From the NCBI GenBank assembly GCA_965221075.1, contig OZ244865.1:2164126-2228125 (forward strand): a stretch of DNA of 64,000 nucleotides. Reading direction: 5' to 3'. Every line of letters begins with the position of its first letter. The first letter of the stretch is position 1. Shown here in pieces: positions 8,908 through 29,229 of the stretch. Below the pieces are notes generated by a model. That model was given only the letters and a program-made list of their open reading frames with translations, had not been told where the DNA came from and searched no databases. This DNA is from Limisphaerales bacterium (GTDB taxonomy: Bacteria > Verrucomicrobiota > Verrucomicrobiia > Limisphaerales > AAA164-E04). The translations under genes and the position numbers were made by a program.

Positions 8908-9327
8908 TCAGCTCAGCTTGTGGCGGGCGATGAACTTGGTGCGCATGGGCAGCTTGGCCGCCGCCAGGCGCAGGCTCTCCCGGGCCAGGCTCTCGGGGAC
9001 CCCGTCGATCTCGAAGAGGATCATCGCCGGGCGGATCACCGCCACCCATCCCTCCAGGGGGCCCTTGCCCTTGCCCATCCGGGTCTCCAGCGGCTTCTTG
9101 GTGTAGCTCTTGTCGGGGAAGACCCGGATCCAGACCTTCCCCTTGCGCTTCATGTTGCGGGTGACGGCGATACGGGCCGCCTCGATCTGCTTGTTGCTGA
9201 GCCAGCAGCGGCCCAGCGACTGCAGCCCGAACTCCCCGAAGGCCACCGACTCGCCACGGCGCGCGATCCCGGAGCGGCTGCCGCGCTGGACCTTGCGGTA
9301 CTTGGTCCTGGATGGCATCAGGGGCAT
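8908..9327 (-). CDS. rplP: 50S ribosomal protein L16
   Basis: [20 protein letters not shown]...[40 protein letters not shown] lies 7 nt upstream of the ATG. Confidence 0.97.
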   Translation of the reverse strand: MPLMPSRTKYRKVQRGSRSGIARRGESVAFGEFGLQSLGRCWLSNKQIEAARIAVTRNMKRKGKVWIRVFPDKSYTKKPLETRMGKGKGPLEGWVAVIRPAMILFEIDGVPESLARESLRLAAAKLPMRTKFIARHKLS

Positions 9328-9357
9328 GGCGATCCTCCTTGGTCGTCCTCTCCGCTA

Positions 9358-10023
9358 TCAGTATCCGGGGGAGGAGCCCCGCTCCTCGGGCAGCCCGGTT
9401 TCGATCTCCCCGTGGCAGATCCAGCACTTGACCCCCAGCACCCCGTAGAGGGTCTTGGCCTCGGAGAATCCGTAGTCGATGTTGGCCCGCAGGGTGTGCA
9501 GGGGGACCCGGCCCTCGAGGTAGGACTCGACCCGGGCCAGCTCCGAGCCGCCCAGCCGCCCCGAGCAGCGCAGCTTGATGCCGTCGGCCCCGTAGTCCAT
9601 GGTGGTCTGCAGCGCCTTCTTCATGGCCCGCCGGAAGGCCACCCGCCGCTCCAGCTGGAGGCGCACGTTCTCCGCCACCAGCTGGGCGTTCAGCTCCGGC
9701 TTCTTCACCTCCTGGATGTCCACGTAGACCTCCTTGCCGGTCAGGCGCGAGAGCCGCTCCTTGAGCTTGTCGATCTCGGCGCCCTTGCGCCCGATCACCA
9801 CCCCCGGGCGGGCGGTGTGGATGGTGACCCGGCAGCGGGTGGCGGCCCGCTCGATCTGGATCTTGGGCACCGAGGCCGACTCCAGCCTCGACTTGAGGAT
9901 CTCGCGGATCCGGCAGTCCTCCACCAGCAGGCTGCTGAAGCCGCGCTTGTCGGCGTACCAGCGCGACCGCCAGTCGCGGTTGACGGCCATCCTCAGGCCG
10001 ATGGGGTTGGTCTTCTGTCCCAT
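9358..10023 (-). CDS. rpsC: 30S ribosomal protein S3
   Basis: [26 protein letters not shown]...[15 protein letters not shown]...[37 protein letters not shown] Shine-Dalgarno (SD) sequence upstream. Confidence 0.97.
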   Translation of the reverse strand: MGQKTNPIGLRMAVNRDWRSRWYADKRGFSSLLVEDCRIREILKSRLESASVPKIQIERAATRCRVTIHTARPGVVIGRKGAEIDKLKERLSRLTGKEVYVDIQEVKKPELNAQLVAENVRLQLERRVAFRRAMKKALQTTMDYGADGIKLRCSGRLGGSELARVESYLEGRVPLHTLRANIDYGFSEAKTLYGVLGVKCWICHGEIETGLPEERGSSPGY

Positions 10024-10025
10024 GG

Positions 10026-10367
10026 TCAGGCCTCCTTCCCGTCGCCGATCACGATGCGCACGTGGCAGTAGCGCTTCCGGATCGGCGAGGCCGATCCCCG
10101 GGCCCGGGGGCGGACCCTGCGGATGGTCCGGGCCTGGCCGGCCACCGCCTCCTCCACCACCAGGCCCTCCCGGTCCATGCCGTGGTTCTCCACCGCGTTG
10201 GCCATGGCGCTGGCCAGGGTCTTGCCGGCGATGCGGGCCGACTTGCGGGGCACCGCCTTGAGCGCCGCCAGGGCGGCCGCCGCGTCCATGCCCTGGATGC
10301 TGCGGACCACGCGGCCCATCTTCTCGGCCGACATGCGGACGTTGCGGCTGATGGCGCGCGCCCTCAT
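10026..10367 (-). CDS. rplV: 50S ribosomal protein L22
   Basis: ATG (complement 10365-10367) in the run-on ORF 10026..12992 gives 113 aa: [28 protein letters not shown]...[28 protein letters not shown]. One-nt overlap (TGATG) with the rpsS stop. Confidence 0.93.
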   Translation of the reverse strand: MRARAISRNVRMSAEKMGRVVRSIQGMDAAAALAALKAVPRKSARIAGKTLASAMANAVENHGMDREGLVVEEAVAGQARTIRRVRPRARGSASPIRKRYCHVRIVIGDGKEA

Positions 10368-10645
10368 CACTTGGTCACCTTGGCGGTGTGGGAGCCGTGC
10401 TTGCGGAACGCCCGGGTGGGCGAGAACTCGCCCAGGCGGTGGCCCACCATGTTCTCGGTGACGAACACCGAGTGGAAGATCCTGCCGTTGTGGACGTTGA
10501 AGGTGTGCCCCACGAACTCGGGAGTGATCATCGAGCGGCGCGACCAGGTCCGGATCGGCTTGCGCAGGCCGGCCTCGTTCATTTTCTCGATCTTCCGGAT
10601 CAGGTGGCCGTCCACGAAGGGGCCCTTCTTGATGGATCGTCCCAT
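10367..10645 (-). CDS. rpsS: 30S ribosomal protein S19
   Basis: [23 protein letters not shown]...[46 protein letters not shown]. Confidence 0.97.
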   Translation of the reverse strand: MGRSIKKGPFVDGHLIRKIEKMNEAGLRKPIRTWSRRSMITPEFVGHTFNVHNGRIFHSVFVTENMVGHRLGEFSPTRAFRKHGSHTAKVTK

Positions 10646-10651
10646 GGCCTC

Positions 10652-11506
10652 CTACTTGCGCTTCATCGTCCGCCCGTCGCGCCGCACCAGGATGAACCGG
10701 TTGGAGCTCTTGTGCTTGCTGCGGGTCCGGTAGCCCTTGGCCAGGAGGCCCCAGGGGGAGACCAGGTGCTGGCGCCCCCCCCCGCTCTTGGACTGCCCCT
10801 GGCCTCCCCCGTTGGGATGGTCCACCGGGTTGCGGGAGACCCCGCGGGTGAGCGGCCTGCGGCCCTTGTGGCGGGCCCGGCCGGCCTTGCCCAGCTTCAC
10901 GTTCTCGTGCTGGGCGTTGCCCACCTGGCCGATGGTGGCCTGGCATTTGGCATGGAAGCGGCGGATCTCCCCCGAGGGCAGCCTGACCTGGGCGTAGCCG
11001 GCGTCGCAGGACATCAGCGTGGCCGAGGAGCCGGCGCTGCGCACCACCTGGCCCCCGCGTCCCGGGGCCAGCTCGATGGCGTGGATGCTGGAGCTGACCG
11101 GGATCTCGCCCAGGGGCAGGGCGCAGCCCACCCGGCGGGGGGCGCCGGGGCCGCTGCTGACCCGGTCGCCCGGCCCCAGCCCCTCCGGCGCCACGATGTA
11201 GCTCCTCTCCCCGTCCTCGTAGACCAGGAGGGCCAGCCGGGCCGAGCGGACCGGATCGTACTCGATCGCCGCCACCTCGGCCTCGATCCCGTGCCTGCGG
11301 CGCCGGAAGTCCACCGTGCGCACCTTCTGCTTGTGCCCTCCCCCGATGGCCCGCGCGGTGATGCGCCCGTAGCAGTTGCGCCCGCCGGTCCGCTTGCGGG
11401 TCCGGACCAGCCTCTTCTCGGGCTTCTTCCTGGAGAGGTCGGCGAAAGAGGCCACGGTGAGGAACCTCCGGGCCGGGGTCAGGGGCTTGTGGGTCTTGAC
11501 TGCCAC
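10652..11506 (-). CDS. rplB: 50S ribosomal protein L2
   Basis: 284 aa, GTG start. GGRNCYGRITARAIGGGHKQKVRTVDFRR...RGVSRNPVDHPNGGGQG. Confidence 0.97.
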   Translation of the reverse strand: MAVKTHKPLTPARRFLTVASFADLSRKKPEKRLVRTRKRTGGRNCYGRITARAIGGGHKQKVRTVDFRRRRHGIEAEVAAIEYDPVRSARLALLVYEDGERSYIVAPEGLGPGDRVSSGPGAPRRVGCALPLGEIPVSSSIHAIELAPGRGGQVVRSAGSSATLMSCDAGYAQVRLPSGEIRRFHAKCQATIGQVGNAQHENVKLGKAGRARHKGRRPLTRGVSRNPVDHPNGGGQGQSKSGGGRQHLVSPWGLLAKGYRTRSKHKSSNRFILVRRDGRTMKRK

Positions 11507-11521
11507 TTCGGCTCTGCTCCT

Positions 11522-11803
11522 CTAGGTCAGCTCGATGGCGTCGCCCTCCTTGAGGGTGACCACCGCCTTCTTCCAGCTGCTCGACCGGCCCGCCTGGGGG
11601 GTCCGGCGGCGGCGGGCCTTGCCCCGCATGTTCATGGTGTTGACCCGCACCACCCCGACCTTGAACAGCTCCTGGACCGCGTGGCGGATCTGGATCTTGT
11701 TGGCCCGGCGGTCCACCACCATCAGGTACTGGTTGCGCTCCTGCGAGAGCTCGGCCCCCTTCTCGGTGACGCAGGCGGTCTTGATGATGTCGAAGACGTT
11801 CAC
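11522..11803 (-). CDS. rplW: 50S ribosomal protein L23
   Basis: 93 aa, GTG start. ...YLMVVDRRANKIQIRHAVQELFKVGVVRVNTMN..GKARR. Confidence 0.94.
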   Translation of the reverse strand: MNVFDIIKTACVTEKGAELSQERNQYLMVVDRRANKIQIRHAVQELFKVGVVRVNTMNMRGKARRRRTPQAGRSSSWKKAVVTLKEGDAIELT

Positions 11804-11806
11804 CGC

Positions 11807-12439
11807 TCAGTCCCGCTCCCCGGCCAGCCGCTCGTCGACCATCTCGAAGGCCTTCCGGGTGAAGACCAGGCGGTCGGGACGGAGCACCTCGTAGACGTTG
11901 AGGGTGCCGGCCTGGACCGCCTCGGCCCAGGGCACGTTGCGCAGCGAGAGGATCAGGCTCTCGTCCACCGAGTCCAGCACCGCCAGCACCGTGCCCTCCA
12001 GGCCATGGGCCCGGCAGAAGCCGAGGAAGTCGCGGGTGCGGGGCCTCTCGATCCCGAAGGACTCCACCACCGTGACCTCGCCGTCCCGGATGCGCTCGCC
12101 CAGGGCCTTGCGCATCGCCAGCCGGCGGGTCTTGCGGCCCACCTTCTTGCGGAAGCTGCGGGGCCGGGGCCCGAACGCCACGCCCCCTCCCCGCCAGATG
12201 GGGGACCTGGCCTGGCCGGCGCGGGCGCGCCCGGTGCCCTTCTGCCTCCAGGGCTTGCGCCCCGAGCCGGCCACCTCGGCCACCGTCCTGGTGGAGGCGG
12301 TGCCGCTGCGCCGGGCGGCCAGGTAGGCCACCACGGCCTCGTGGACCGCCTGGCCTCCGCGCCGCCCCTCGACCGCCTCGAAGCGGACCTCGTAGCTGCC
12401 TGCCTCCGCGCCGGAGGCGTCCTTCAGAGCGATTTCCAC
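11807..12439 (-). CDS. rplD: 50S ribosomal protein L4
   Basis: 210 aa, GTG start preceded by GGAAGGAGGA. GSGRKPWRQKGTGRARAGQARSPIWRGGGVAFGPRPRSF. Confidence 0.96.
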   Translation of the reverse strand: MEIALKDASGAEAGSYEVRFEAVEGRRGGQAVHEAVVAYLAARRSGTASTRTVAEVAGSGRKPWRQKGTGRARAGQARSPIWRGGGVAFGPRPRSFRKKVGRKTRRLAMRKALGERIRDGEVTVVESFGIERPRTRDFLGFCRAHGLEGTVLAVLDSVDESLILSLRNVPWAEAVQAGTLNVYEVLRPDRLVFTRKAFEMVDERLAGERD

Positions 12440-12451
12440 CGTTCCTCCTTC

Positions 12452-13099
12452 CTAGGCCGCGCCCGCCCTGGGGCGCTTCTTGGCCTCGCGCACCACCACG
12501 TAGCCCCCCTTGGCCCCGGGGACCGCCCCCTGGACCAGGATCACGTTCTCCTCCTCCATGACCCGGACCACCCGAAGGTTCTGCACCGTCCGGCGGACCT
12601 GCCCCATGTGGCCCGGCATCGGCTGCCCCTTGCGCACCCAGCCGGGGGTCGAGCCCTGCCCGATCGAACCGGGGCGCCGCTTCCAGCCCTTGGCCCCGTG
12701 GCTGGCCCGGCCCCCGCCGAAGCCGTGGCGCTTCATCACTCCCTGGAACCCGCGCCCCTTGGTGACGCCCACCACGTCGACGTAGTCCCCGGCCGAGAAG
12801 CAGTCGGCGGGACGGACCTCGTCGCCGGGAGCGACCTGCAGGGAGAAGCCGCGGAACTCGCGGATCAGGCGGCAGCCGTCCACGCCGTGCTTCCTGAGAT
12901 GCCCCAGCAGGGGGCGCGCCAGGCGCGAGGCCCGGGCCTCGCCGTAGGCCAGCTGGACCGCCTGGTAGCCGTCCCGCTCGGCGCTCCTGCACTGCACCAC
13001 GCGGTTGACTCCGCAGGAGACCGCGGTGACGCAGACCAGGCGCCCGCCCTCGTCGTACACCTGGGTCTGCCCGGCCTTGATTCCCAGTAGTCCCACCAT
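12452..13099 (-). CDS. rplC: 50S ribosomal protein L3
   Basis: MVGLLGIKAGQTQVYDEGG...VTKGRGFQGVMKRHGFGGGRASHG...PGRVFKG-like GHMG block. Confidence 0.96.
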   Translation of the reverse strand: MVGLLGIKAGQTQVYDEGGRLVCVTAVSCGVNRVVQCRSAERDGYQAVQLAYGEARASRLARPLLGHLRKHGVDGCRLIREFRGFSLQVAPGDEVRPADCFSAGDYVDVVGVTKGRGFQGVMKRHGFGGGRASHGAKGWKRRPGSIGQGSTPGWVRKGQPMPGHMGQVRRTVQNLRVVRVMEEENVILVQGAVPGAKGGYVVVREAKKRPRAGAA

Positions 13100-13107
13100 G
13101 CCCGTGC

Positions 13108-13416
13108 CTAGATGCTGATCGAGATGTCGACGCCGGCCGGCAGGTTGAGCTTCTTGAGCTCGTCGACCGTCTTGGAGGTGGGATCGAGGATGTCGAGCAG
13201 CCGCTTGTGGGTCCGCTGCTCGAAGGTCTCGTGGGACTTCTTGTCCACGTGGGGGGAGCGGGTGACGGTGAAGCGCTCGATGCGGGTCGGCAGGGGGATG
13301 GGGCCGGCCACCCGGGCGCCCGAGCGCTTGACCGTGTCGACGATCTCGCTGGCCGAATGGTCGATCACCCGGTGGTCGTAGGCCTTGAGCCGGATCCGTA
13401 TTCGCTGGTCGGGCAT
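13108..13416 (-). CDS. rpsJ: 30S ribosomal protein S10
   Basis: [73 protein letters not shown]. Confidence 0.97.
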   Translation of the reverse strand: MPDQRIRIRLKAYDHRVIDHSASEIVDTVKRSGARVAGPIPLPTRIERFTVTRSPHVDKKSHETFEQRTHKRLLDILDPTSKTVDELKKLNLPAGVDISISI

Positions 13417-13444
13417 GGTTGGTCCTCGCTTCGGGCCGCCTGGG

Positions 13445-15559
13445 CTACGCGTGCAGGGCCGCCCCCTCGCCGGCGTCGACTATGCCCTCCAGAATGCCGT
13501 CGGGAACCCTCTCGAAGCGCAGCGGCTCCATGGAGTAGGAGGCGCGCCCCCGGGAGAGGGAGCGGACCACGGTGGAGTATCCGAACATCTCCGAGAGGGG
13601 GACCTCGGCGTGGATCGACGCCAGCCGGGAGCGGCTCTCCAGGCGGGTGACCCGCCCCCTGCGCCGGCTGATGTCCCCCAGGATGTCGCCCTGGTAGCTC
13701 TCGGGGGCCGAGACCTCCACCCTCATCAGCGGCTCCAGCAGCGCCAGGCCCGCCCTGCGGGCGGTGTCCCGGAAGGCGAAGATGGCCGCCATCTTGAACG
13801 CCAGCTCGTTGGAGTCCACCTCGTGGAAGGAGCCGTCGACCACCGTCGCCGCCACGTCCACCATGGGGTATCCGGCCAGGACGCCGCCGGCCAGCGACTC
13901 CTCCAGCCCCGAGACCACCGCCGGAAGGAACTCCCTGGGGATGGCCCCGTCCCGGATCCGGGTCTCGATCCGGTTGCCTTTGCCCGAGGGCTCGATCCGG
14001 ATCCTCACATGGCCGTACTGGCCCCGGCCTCCGCTCTGGCGGACGAAGCGCCCCTCCCCGTCGGCGGCCTGCGAGACGGTCTCGCGGTAGGCGATCTGGG
14101 GGGCCCCGGCGTTGGCCTGGACCTTGAACTCGCGCAGCAGCCGGTCCCGGATGATCTCCAGGTGCAGCTCCCCCATCCCCGAGATGATCAGCTGCCCGGT
14201 CTCCTCGTCGACCTTCCTCCAGAAGGTCGGGTCCTCCTCGGAGAGGCGCTCCAGCCCCTCGGCCAGGCGGTCCCGGTCGGCCGTCGAGCGGGGCTCGATG
14301 GCCATGGAGATCACCGGCTCGGGAAAGGTGGGGGGCTCCAGCAGGATCCCGTGGCGGCGGTCGCAGAGGGTGTCGCCGGTGGCGGCCTGGCGCAGCCCCA
14401 CCAGGGCGGCGATGTCGCCCGAGCGGATGGTGTCCACGTCCTCGCGCTTGTCGGCCTGGATCACCAGCAGGCGGCTGACCCGCCCCCTGCGGCCGGTGCG
14501 CATGTTGTGCACCACCTCGCCCTTGCCCAGCCTCCCCCGGTAGACCCGGAAGAAGACCAGCTTGCCCACGAAGGGATCGTTCCAGAGCTTGAAGACCAGG
14601 CCGCAGAAGGGCTCCCGGTCGTCGGCGGCCACCGGGACGGAGGCTCCGCCCTCCCCGGGCAGGTGCGCCTCGATCGCCTCCACCTCCAGGGGGGAGGGCA
14701 GGTAGTCCACCACCGCGTCCAGCAGCGGCTGCACCCCGCGCTTCTTGAAGGCCGAGCCCCCGATCACCGGCACCAGCTCCTGGCGGCAGGTCAGGCGGCG
14801 GATGGCCGCCTTGAGCTCGGCGGGATCCACCGGCCGGTCCTCGATCACCAGCTCGGCCACGCGGTCGTCGCGGTCGGCCACCGCCTCCACCAGGGCCTCG
14901 AGCGCCAGGCGGGCCCTCTCGGCGTCCTCCCCCTCCAGGTCGGCGACCCGGTAGGCCATCCCCGCGGGATCGTCCCGATCGTAGACCAGCGCCTTGGCGC
15001 TGACCACGTCGATCACCCCGCGCAGATCCTCCTCGCCGCCCAGGGGCAGCGCCACCGGCCAGGCGTTGGCGCCCAGCTTGGCGCGCATCTCCTCCACGGT
15101 CCGGTCGAAGTCGGCCCCCACCCGGTCCATCTTGTTGACGAAGGCCAGCCGGGGCACCCGGTACTTGTCGGCCTGGCGCCAGACCGTCTCGGACTGGGGC
15201 TGGACCCCCGCCACCCCGCAGAAGACGGCCACCGCCCCGTCGAGCACCCGCATGGAGCGCTCCACCTCGGCGGTGAAGTCGACGTGGCCGGGGGTGTCGA
15301 TGATGTTGATGCGGAAGCGGTCCCCCTCGAAGCCCTTGAAGGTCCCGTCCCGCTGCTGGCTCCAGAAGCAGGTGATCGCCGCCGAGGTGATGGTGATCCC
15401 CCGCTCCTTCTCCTGCTCCATCCAGTCGGTCACCGTGTTCCCGTCGTGGACCTCGCCCATGCGGTGGATCCGGCCCGAGCAGTAGAGGATCCTCTCGGTG
15501 GTGGTGGTCTTGCCGGCGTCGATGTGCGCCGCGATCCCGATGTTGCGGGTGCGCTCCAT
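13445..15559 (-). CDS. fusA: translation elongation factor G
   Basis: Lower part of the run-on ORF 13445..19738. From ATG (complement 15557-15559): [61 protein letters not shown]...; 704 aa. The true start may be an upstream in-frame GTG at 15604 or 15616. The 19 codons between are 17/19 G/C at position 3, and [12 protein letters not shown] resembles the usual internal xPLERxRNIGI. Confidence 0.93.
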   Translation of the reverse strand: MERTRNIGIAAHIDAGKTTTTERILYCSGRIHRMGEVHDGNTVTDWMEQEKERGITITSAAITCFWSQQRDGTFKGFEGDRFRINIIDTPGHVDFTAEVERSMRVLDGAVAVFCGVAGVQPQSETVWRQADKYRVPRLAFVNKMDRVGADFDRTVEEMRAKLGANAWPVALPLGGEEDLRGVIDVVSAKALVYDRDDPAGMAYRVADLEGEDAERARLALEALVEAVADRDDRVAELVIEDRPVDPAELKAAIRRLTCRQELVPVIGGSAFKKRGVQPLLDAVVDYLPSPLEVEAIEAHLPGEGGASVPVAADDREPFCGLVFKLWNDPFVGKLVFFRVYRGRLGKGEVVHNMRTGRRGRVSRLLVIQADKREDVDTIRSGDIAALVGLRQAATGDTLCDRRHGILLEPPTFPEPVISMAIEPRSTADRDRLAEGLERLSEEDPTFWRKVDEETGQLIISGMGELHLEIIRDRLLREFKVQANAGAPQIAYRETVSQAADGEGRFVRQSGGRGQYGHVRIRIEPSGKGNRIETRIRDGAIPREFLPAVVSGLEESLAGGVLAGYPMVDVAATVVDGSFHEVDSNELAFKMAAIFAFRDTARRAGLALLEPLMRVEVSAPESYQGDILGDISRRRGRVTRLESRSRLASIHAEVPLSEMFGYSTVVRSLSRGRASYSMEPLRFERVPDGILEGIVDAGEGAALHA

Positions 15560-15616
15560 CGGGAAGCCGCGCCCCGGCTCGTTGGCCGGGGAGAACCGTT
15601 CCACCTCCTGAGTCAC

Positions 15617-15648
15617 TTTCTTCCGTATAGGATTTCTTCCGTATAGGA
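15617..15648 (-). repeat. perfect 16-bp tandem duplication in the rpsG-fusA spacer
   Basis: Plus strand tttcttccgtatagga x2 (15617-15632, 15633-15648). On the coding strand this reads TCCTATACGGAAGAAA x2, immediately 5' of the in-frame GTG at 15616. Confidence 0.95.
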
Positions 15649-15651
15649 GAA

Positions 15652-15678
15652 GGCCCCGGGGACGTGTCGCCCGGGGCC
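15652..15678 (-). promoter_or_regulatory. GC-rich hairpin between rpsG and fusA (possible attenuator or processing site)
   Basis: ggccccggg (15652-15660) and cccggggcc (15670-15678) form a 9-bp stem with a 9-nt loop. No clear U-tract follows. Confidence 0.4.
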
Positions 15679-15699
15679 GCCCGCCTCGTCCGCTGCCGC

Positions 15700-16173
15700 C
15701 TACCAGCGGAAGTGCGCGAACGCCTTGTTCGAAGTCGCCATCTTGTGCACCTCGTCGCGGCGCTTGATCGCCGCGCCCTGGCCCCGGTAGGCGTCCATGA
15801 TCTCGCCGGCCAGGGCGTGCTTCATCGGAATGCTGCGGCGGCCGCCGGCAAACTTCACCAGCCAGCGCAGCGCCAGCGCGTTCTGGCGCTCGGGCGAGAC
15901 CTCCAGGGGGACCTGGTAGGTGGCGCCGCCCACCCGCCGGGACTTCACCTCCAGCCTCGGCCTCACGTTCTCCACCGCCCGCTGCAGGATGTCCACCGGG
16001 CTGTCCTCGCCGAGCTTCTCGGTCAGGATGTCGAAGGCGCCGTAGACCACCTTCTGGGCGACCGTCTTCTTGCCCTGCGACATCACCACGTTGATCAGCC
16101 GGCCCACCAGCGGGCTCTGGTGCCTGCCGTCCGGGGTCGCCGCCCGCTTCTCCGCCTGCCTCCTGCGCGACAT
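15700..16173 (-). CDS. rpsG: 30S ribosomal protein S7
   Basis: [15 protein letters not shown]...[15 protein letters not shown]...[17 protein letters not shown]...[23 protein letters not shown] upstream. Confidence 0.97.
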   Translation of the reverse strand: MSRRRQAEKRAATPDGRHQSPLVGRLINVVMSQGKKTVAQKVVYGAFDILTEKLGEDSPVDILQRAVENVRPRLEVKSRRVGGATYQVPLEVSPERQNALALRWLVKFAGGRRSIPMKHALAGEIMDAYRGQGAAIKRRDEVHKMATSNKAFAHFRW

Positions 16174-16182
16174 CCCGCCTCC

Positions 16183-16563
16183 CTAGCTGGAGCCCTTGGC
16201 CCGCTTGACCCCGTACTTGGAGCGGCTCTGCCGGCGCTTCTCCACCCCCCCGGCGTCGAGGGTGCCCCGGACGATGTGGTAGCGCACCCCGGGCAGATCC
16301 TTCACCCTTCCCCCCCGCACCAGGACGATCGAGTGCTCCTGCAGGTTGTGCCCCTCGTCGGGGATGTAGGCGATCACCTCGTAGCCGTTGGTCAGCCGGA
16401 CCTTCGCCACCTTGCGCATGGCCGAGTTGGGCTTCTTGGGGGTCCGGGTCATCACCTGGACGCAGACCCCGCGGCGGAAGGGGCAGTTCTCGAGAGCCGG
16501 CGACTTCGACTTGAAGCGCACACGCTCGCGGCCCTTTCGGACCAGCTGGTTGATGGTCGGCAT
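16183..16563 (-). CDS. rpsL: 30S ribosomal protein S12
   Basis: [100 protein letters not shown]. Confidence 0.98.
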   Translation of the reverse strand: MPTINQLVRKGRERVRFKSKSPALENCPFRRGVCVQVMTRTPKKPNSAMRKVAKVRLTNGYEVIAYIPDEGHNLQEHSIVLVRGGRVKDLPGVRYHIVRGTLDAGGVEKRRQSRSKYGVKRAKGSS

Positions 16564-16615
16564 CGGCTCTCTGCAGAGGGGCTCCCCGGGGCCCCGGGGG
16601 GCGAAGGGAAGGCGG

Positions 16616-16644
16616 AGGGTAGGTCGGCGGATCTTCGGTTACAA
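16616..16644 (-). promoter_or_regulatory. candidate sigma-70-type promoter for rpsL-rpsG-fusA
   Basis: Coding strand TTGTAA (16644-16639), 17-nt spacer, TACCCT (16621-16616), about 50 nt upstream of the rpsL ATG. Just downstream of an A/T-rich hairpin GCTTTT..AAAAGC that follows the rpoC stop. Confidence 0.3.
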
Positions 16645-16665
16645 GGCTTTTCTCGGAAAAAAGCG

Positions 16666-21483
<4,818 letters not shown>

Positions 21484-21488
21484 GGGAT

Positions 21489-26894
<5,406 letters not shown>

Positions 26895-26943
26895 ACAATG
26901 CGCTTCGCCATCGGCAAGCCGGCCGGGCAAAACCCGCCTGCCC

Positions 26944-26971
26944 GCGGCGCCCCCTCCCTCACGGGCGCCGC
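26944..26971 (-). terminator. hairpin in the rplL-rpoB spacer (possible partial terminator/attenuator)
   Basis: gcggcgccc (26944-26952) and gggcgccgc (26963-26971) form a 9-bp GC stem with a 10-nt loop. On the coding strand it is followed within ~11 nt by GGGTTTTGCCC. Position is analogous to the E. coli rplL-rpoB attenuator. Confidence 0.4.
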
Positions 26972-27087
26972 AACACTATCGGAAATGGGACCAGGGGCTC
27001 CCCGCCCGCGGTCCCGCAGGACGCGCCGCCGCCGCTCCCCTCCTCCGGCCCGGGAGGAAGGGCGCGGACGGCGGCCGCGCGGAGCTG

Positions 27088-27474
27088 CTACTTCAGCTCC
27101 ACCTTGCCTCCGGCCTCCTCCAGCTTCTTCCTGGCGGCCTCGGCCTCCTCCTTGGGGGCCGCCTCGAGGATGGTGGAGGGAGTCCCCTCCACCAGCTTCT
27201 TGGCGTCGGCCAGGCCCAGGCCGGCCTTGACCTCGCGCACCGCCTTGATCACCGGGATCTTCTTGTCCGAAGGCGGCTTCTCGGAGAGCACCACGTCGAA
27301 CTCGGTCTTCTCCTCGGCCGCCTCGCCGCCGCCATCGGCTCCCCCCGCCGCGGCCACCGCCACCGGAGCGGCGGCGCTCACGCCCCACTTCTCCTCCAGC
27401 ATCTTGACCAGGTCGGCGGCCTGCACCACCGTCAGCTGGCCCAGCTCCTCTGCTATCTTCTCTAGATCTGCCAT
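27088..27474 (-). CDS. rplL: 50S ribosomal protein L7/L12
   Basis: ATG (complement 27472-27474) gives 128 aa: [37 protein letters not shown]...[54 protein letters not shown]. Confidence 0.96.
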   Translation of the reverse strand: MADLEKIAEELGQLTVVQAADLVKMLEEKWGVSAAAPVAVAAAGGADGGGEAAEEKTEFDVVLSEKPPSDKKIPVIKAVREVKAGLGLADAKKLVEGTPSTILEAAPKEEAEAARKKLEEAGGKVELK

Positions 27475-27563
27475 CTCGTCCGTAGGAACGCGTCGGAGGG
27501 GGGCCATCGGGGCCCCCCCGGATTAAACCGGACTGCCCGGTCGACGCGGGTTGAAAAAGAATG

Positions 27564-28073
27564 CTACCGCTCCGCCTTCCCGGCCCGGATCACCTGGGCC
27601 AGCTGCCGTCCCGGAGCCTGCACCAGGGAGGCCAGGCTGCGGGCAGGGGTGCGGATCAGGCCGGCGATCATGGAGCGCAGCCCGTCCAGCGAGGGCAGAT
27701 CGGCGATGCGCCCCACCCCCTGGGCGTCGAGCCGCTCGCGGCCCAGGAAGCCGAACAGCATGCGGGGCCGGTCGTGCTCCTCCCCGAACTCCTGGACCAC
27801 CTTGGCCGCCGAGGAGATCTCGCCGGCGCCGGTCAGCACCGCCACCTGCCCCTTGAGGGAGGTCCCGAGGCCCTCGAAGCCCGCCTCGGCGGCGGCGATC
27901 CCGAAGATCGAGTTCTTGACCACGTGGATCTCCCCCTGCACCCGGCGCAGGCGGCGGCGCAGCTCGGTGAACGCCTCCACCGTCAGGCCGTGGTAGTCGA
28001 CCGCGATGAAGTAGGAGGAGGAGCGCAGCCGCTCCAGGTACTCCGAACCGATCAGCTCTTTTTCCGCTCGCAT
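27564..28073 (-). CDS. rplJ: 50S ribosomal protein L10
   Basis: 169 aa, position between rplA and rplL. ...YFIAVDYHGLTVEAFTELRRRLRRVQGEIHVVKNSIF. Confidence 0.93.
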   Translation of the reverse strand: MRAEKELIGSEYLERLRSSSYFIAVDYHGLTVEAFTELRRRLRRVQGEIHVVKNSIFGIAAAEAGFEGLGTSLKGQVAVLTGAGEISSAAKVVQEFGEEHDRPRMLFGFLGRERLDAQGVGRIADLPSLDGLRSMIAGLIRTPARSLASLVQAPGRQLAQVIRAGKAER

Positions 28074-28092
28074 GGGTCTCGGGAATCGGGTG

Positions 28093-28794
28093 TCAGGCCG
28101 CCTTGGCCAGGCTGCGGAGGTCCAGGCGGAAGGGCGGGCTCATGGTCCCGCTGAGGGCGCCGCCGACCAGGTAGGTCCCCTTGGCTCCGGCGGGCCGGGC
28201 CCTGACCACCGCGTCGATGATCACCTGGGCGTTCTCCCTGAGGTGCTCGGGAGGGAAGGAGAGCTTGCCGATGGGCACGTGGATGTTCCCGGTCTTGTCG
28301 ATCTTGAACTCCACCCGGCCGGCCTTCACCTCGCGCACCGCCGCGGCGGTGTCCTCGGCCACGGTGCCGGTCCGGGGGTTGGGCATCAGGCCGCGGGGCC
28401 CCAGCACCTTGCCCAGCTTGCGCACCTCGGCCATGGCCGAGGGGGTGGCGATGGCCACGTCGAAGCCGGTCCACCCCTCCCGGCAGCGCCGGAGGGGCTC
28501 CTCCAGGCCCACATGGTCGGCGCCCGCTTCGGCGGCGGCCTCGGCCGCCGCCGAGCCGTCCTCGGCGAAGACCAGCACCCGGACCTGCTTGCCGGTCCCG
28601 TGCGGCAGGGGGGCGGTCCCCCGCACCATCTGGTCGGACTGGCGCGGATCCACCCCCAGGCGCAGAGCCAGATCCACGGTCTGGTCGAAGCCGGTCTTGG
28701 GCAGCCTGCCCAGGGTCTCGATCGCCTCCTCCAGCGGATAGAGGCGCTTGGGATCGATCAGCTCCAGGGCCTTGCGGTATCGCTTGCTCGGCAT
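28093..28794 (-). CDS. rplA: 50S ribosomal protein L1
   Basis: [26 protein letters not shown]...[38 protein letters not shown]...[15 protein letters not shown]. Confidence 0.97.
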   Translation of the reverse strand: MPSKRYRKALELIDPKRLYPLEEAIETLGRLPKTGFDQTVDLALRLGVDPRQSDQMVRGTAPLPHGTGKQVRVLVFAEDGSAAAEAAAEAGADHVGLEEPLRRCREGWTGFDVAIATPSAMAEVRKLGKVLGPRGLMPNPRTGTVAEDTAAAVREVKAGRVEFKIDKTGNIHVPIGKLSFPPEHLRENAQVIIDAVVRARPAGAKGTYLVGGALSGTMSPPFRLDLRSLAKAA

Positions 28795-28796
28795 TC

Positions 28797-29222
28797 TCAG
28801 TCCTTGATCTCGATCCCCATGCTCAGGGCCGTCCCGGCGATCATCCGGAAGGCCGCCTCCTCGCCGCCGGCGTTCAGATCCTCCTTCTTGGCCCGGACGA
28901 TCTCCAGCACCTGCTCCCGGCTCACCCTGCCCACCTTGCTCTTGTTGGGCACCTTGGAGCCGGAGGCGATCCCGGCCGCCTTCTTGAGCAGGACTGCCGC
29001 CGGGGGGGACTTGGTGACGAAGGTGAAGGACTTGTCCTGGTAGACGGTGATCACCACCGGGATCACCATCCCGGCCTGGCTCTTGGTCCGCGCGTTGAAC
29101 TCCTGGCAGAAGCCCATGATGTTGACTCCCTGCTGGCCCAGGGCCGGTCCCACCGGGGGGGCCGGGTTGGCCTGCCCGGCCGGGATCTGGAGCTTCACCA
29201 TTCCGGTAACCTTCTTCGCCAT
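28797..29222 (-). CDS. rplK: 50S ribosomal protein L11
   Basis: [47 protein letters not shown]...[18 protein letters not shown]. Confidence 0.97.
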   Translation of the reverse strand: MAKKVTGMVKLQIPAGQANPAPPVGPALGQQGVNIMGFCQEFNARTKSQAGMVIPVVITVYQDKSFTFVTKSPPAAVLLKKAAGIASGSKVPNKSKVGRVSREQVLEIVRAKKEDLNAGGEEAAFRMIAGTALSMGIEIKD

Positions 29223-29229
29223 CTCGCCC

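Noticed and set aside
15605-15611. AGGAGG upstream of the fusA ATG as its Shine-Dalgarno
   Set aside because: It lies ~45 nt from the ATG at 15559 and directly abuts the GTG at 15604. The spacing is wrong for both, so it is not used as evidence for either start.
10388-15646. 900-aa (10388..13090) and 753-aa (13385..15646) plus-strand ORFs
   Set aside because: Antisense to the rpsS-rplC block and to fusA respectively. No motifs. Explained by the absence of stops in GC-rich antisense frames.
26895-26930. TTG start giving [12 protein letters not shown] before the rpoB N-terminus
   Set aside because: ATG at 26894 yields the conserved MKEREYFGK... N-terminus. The 12 upstream codons have no support.
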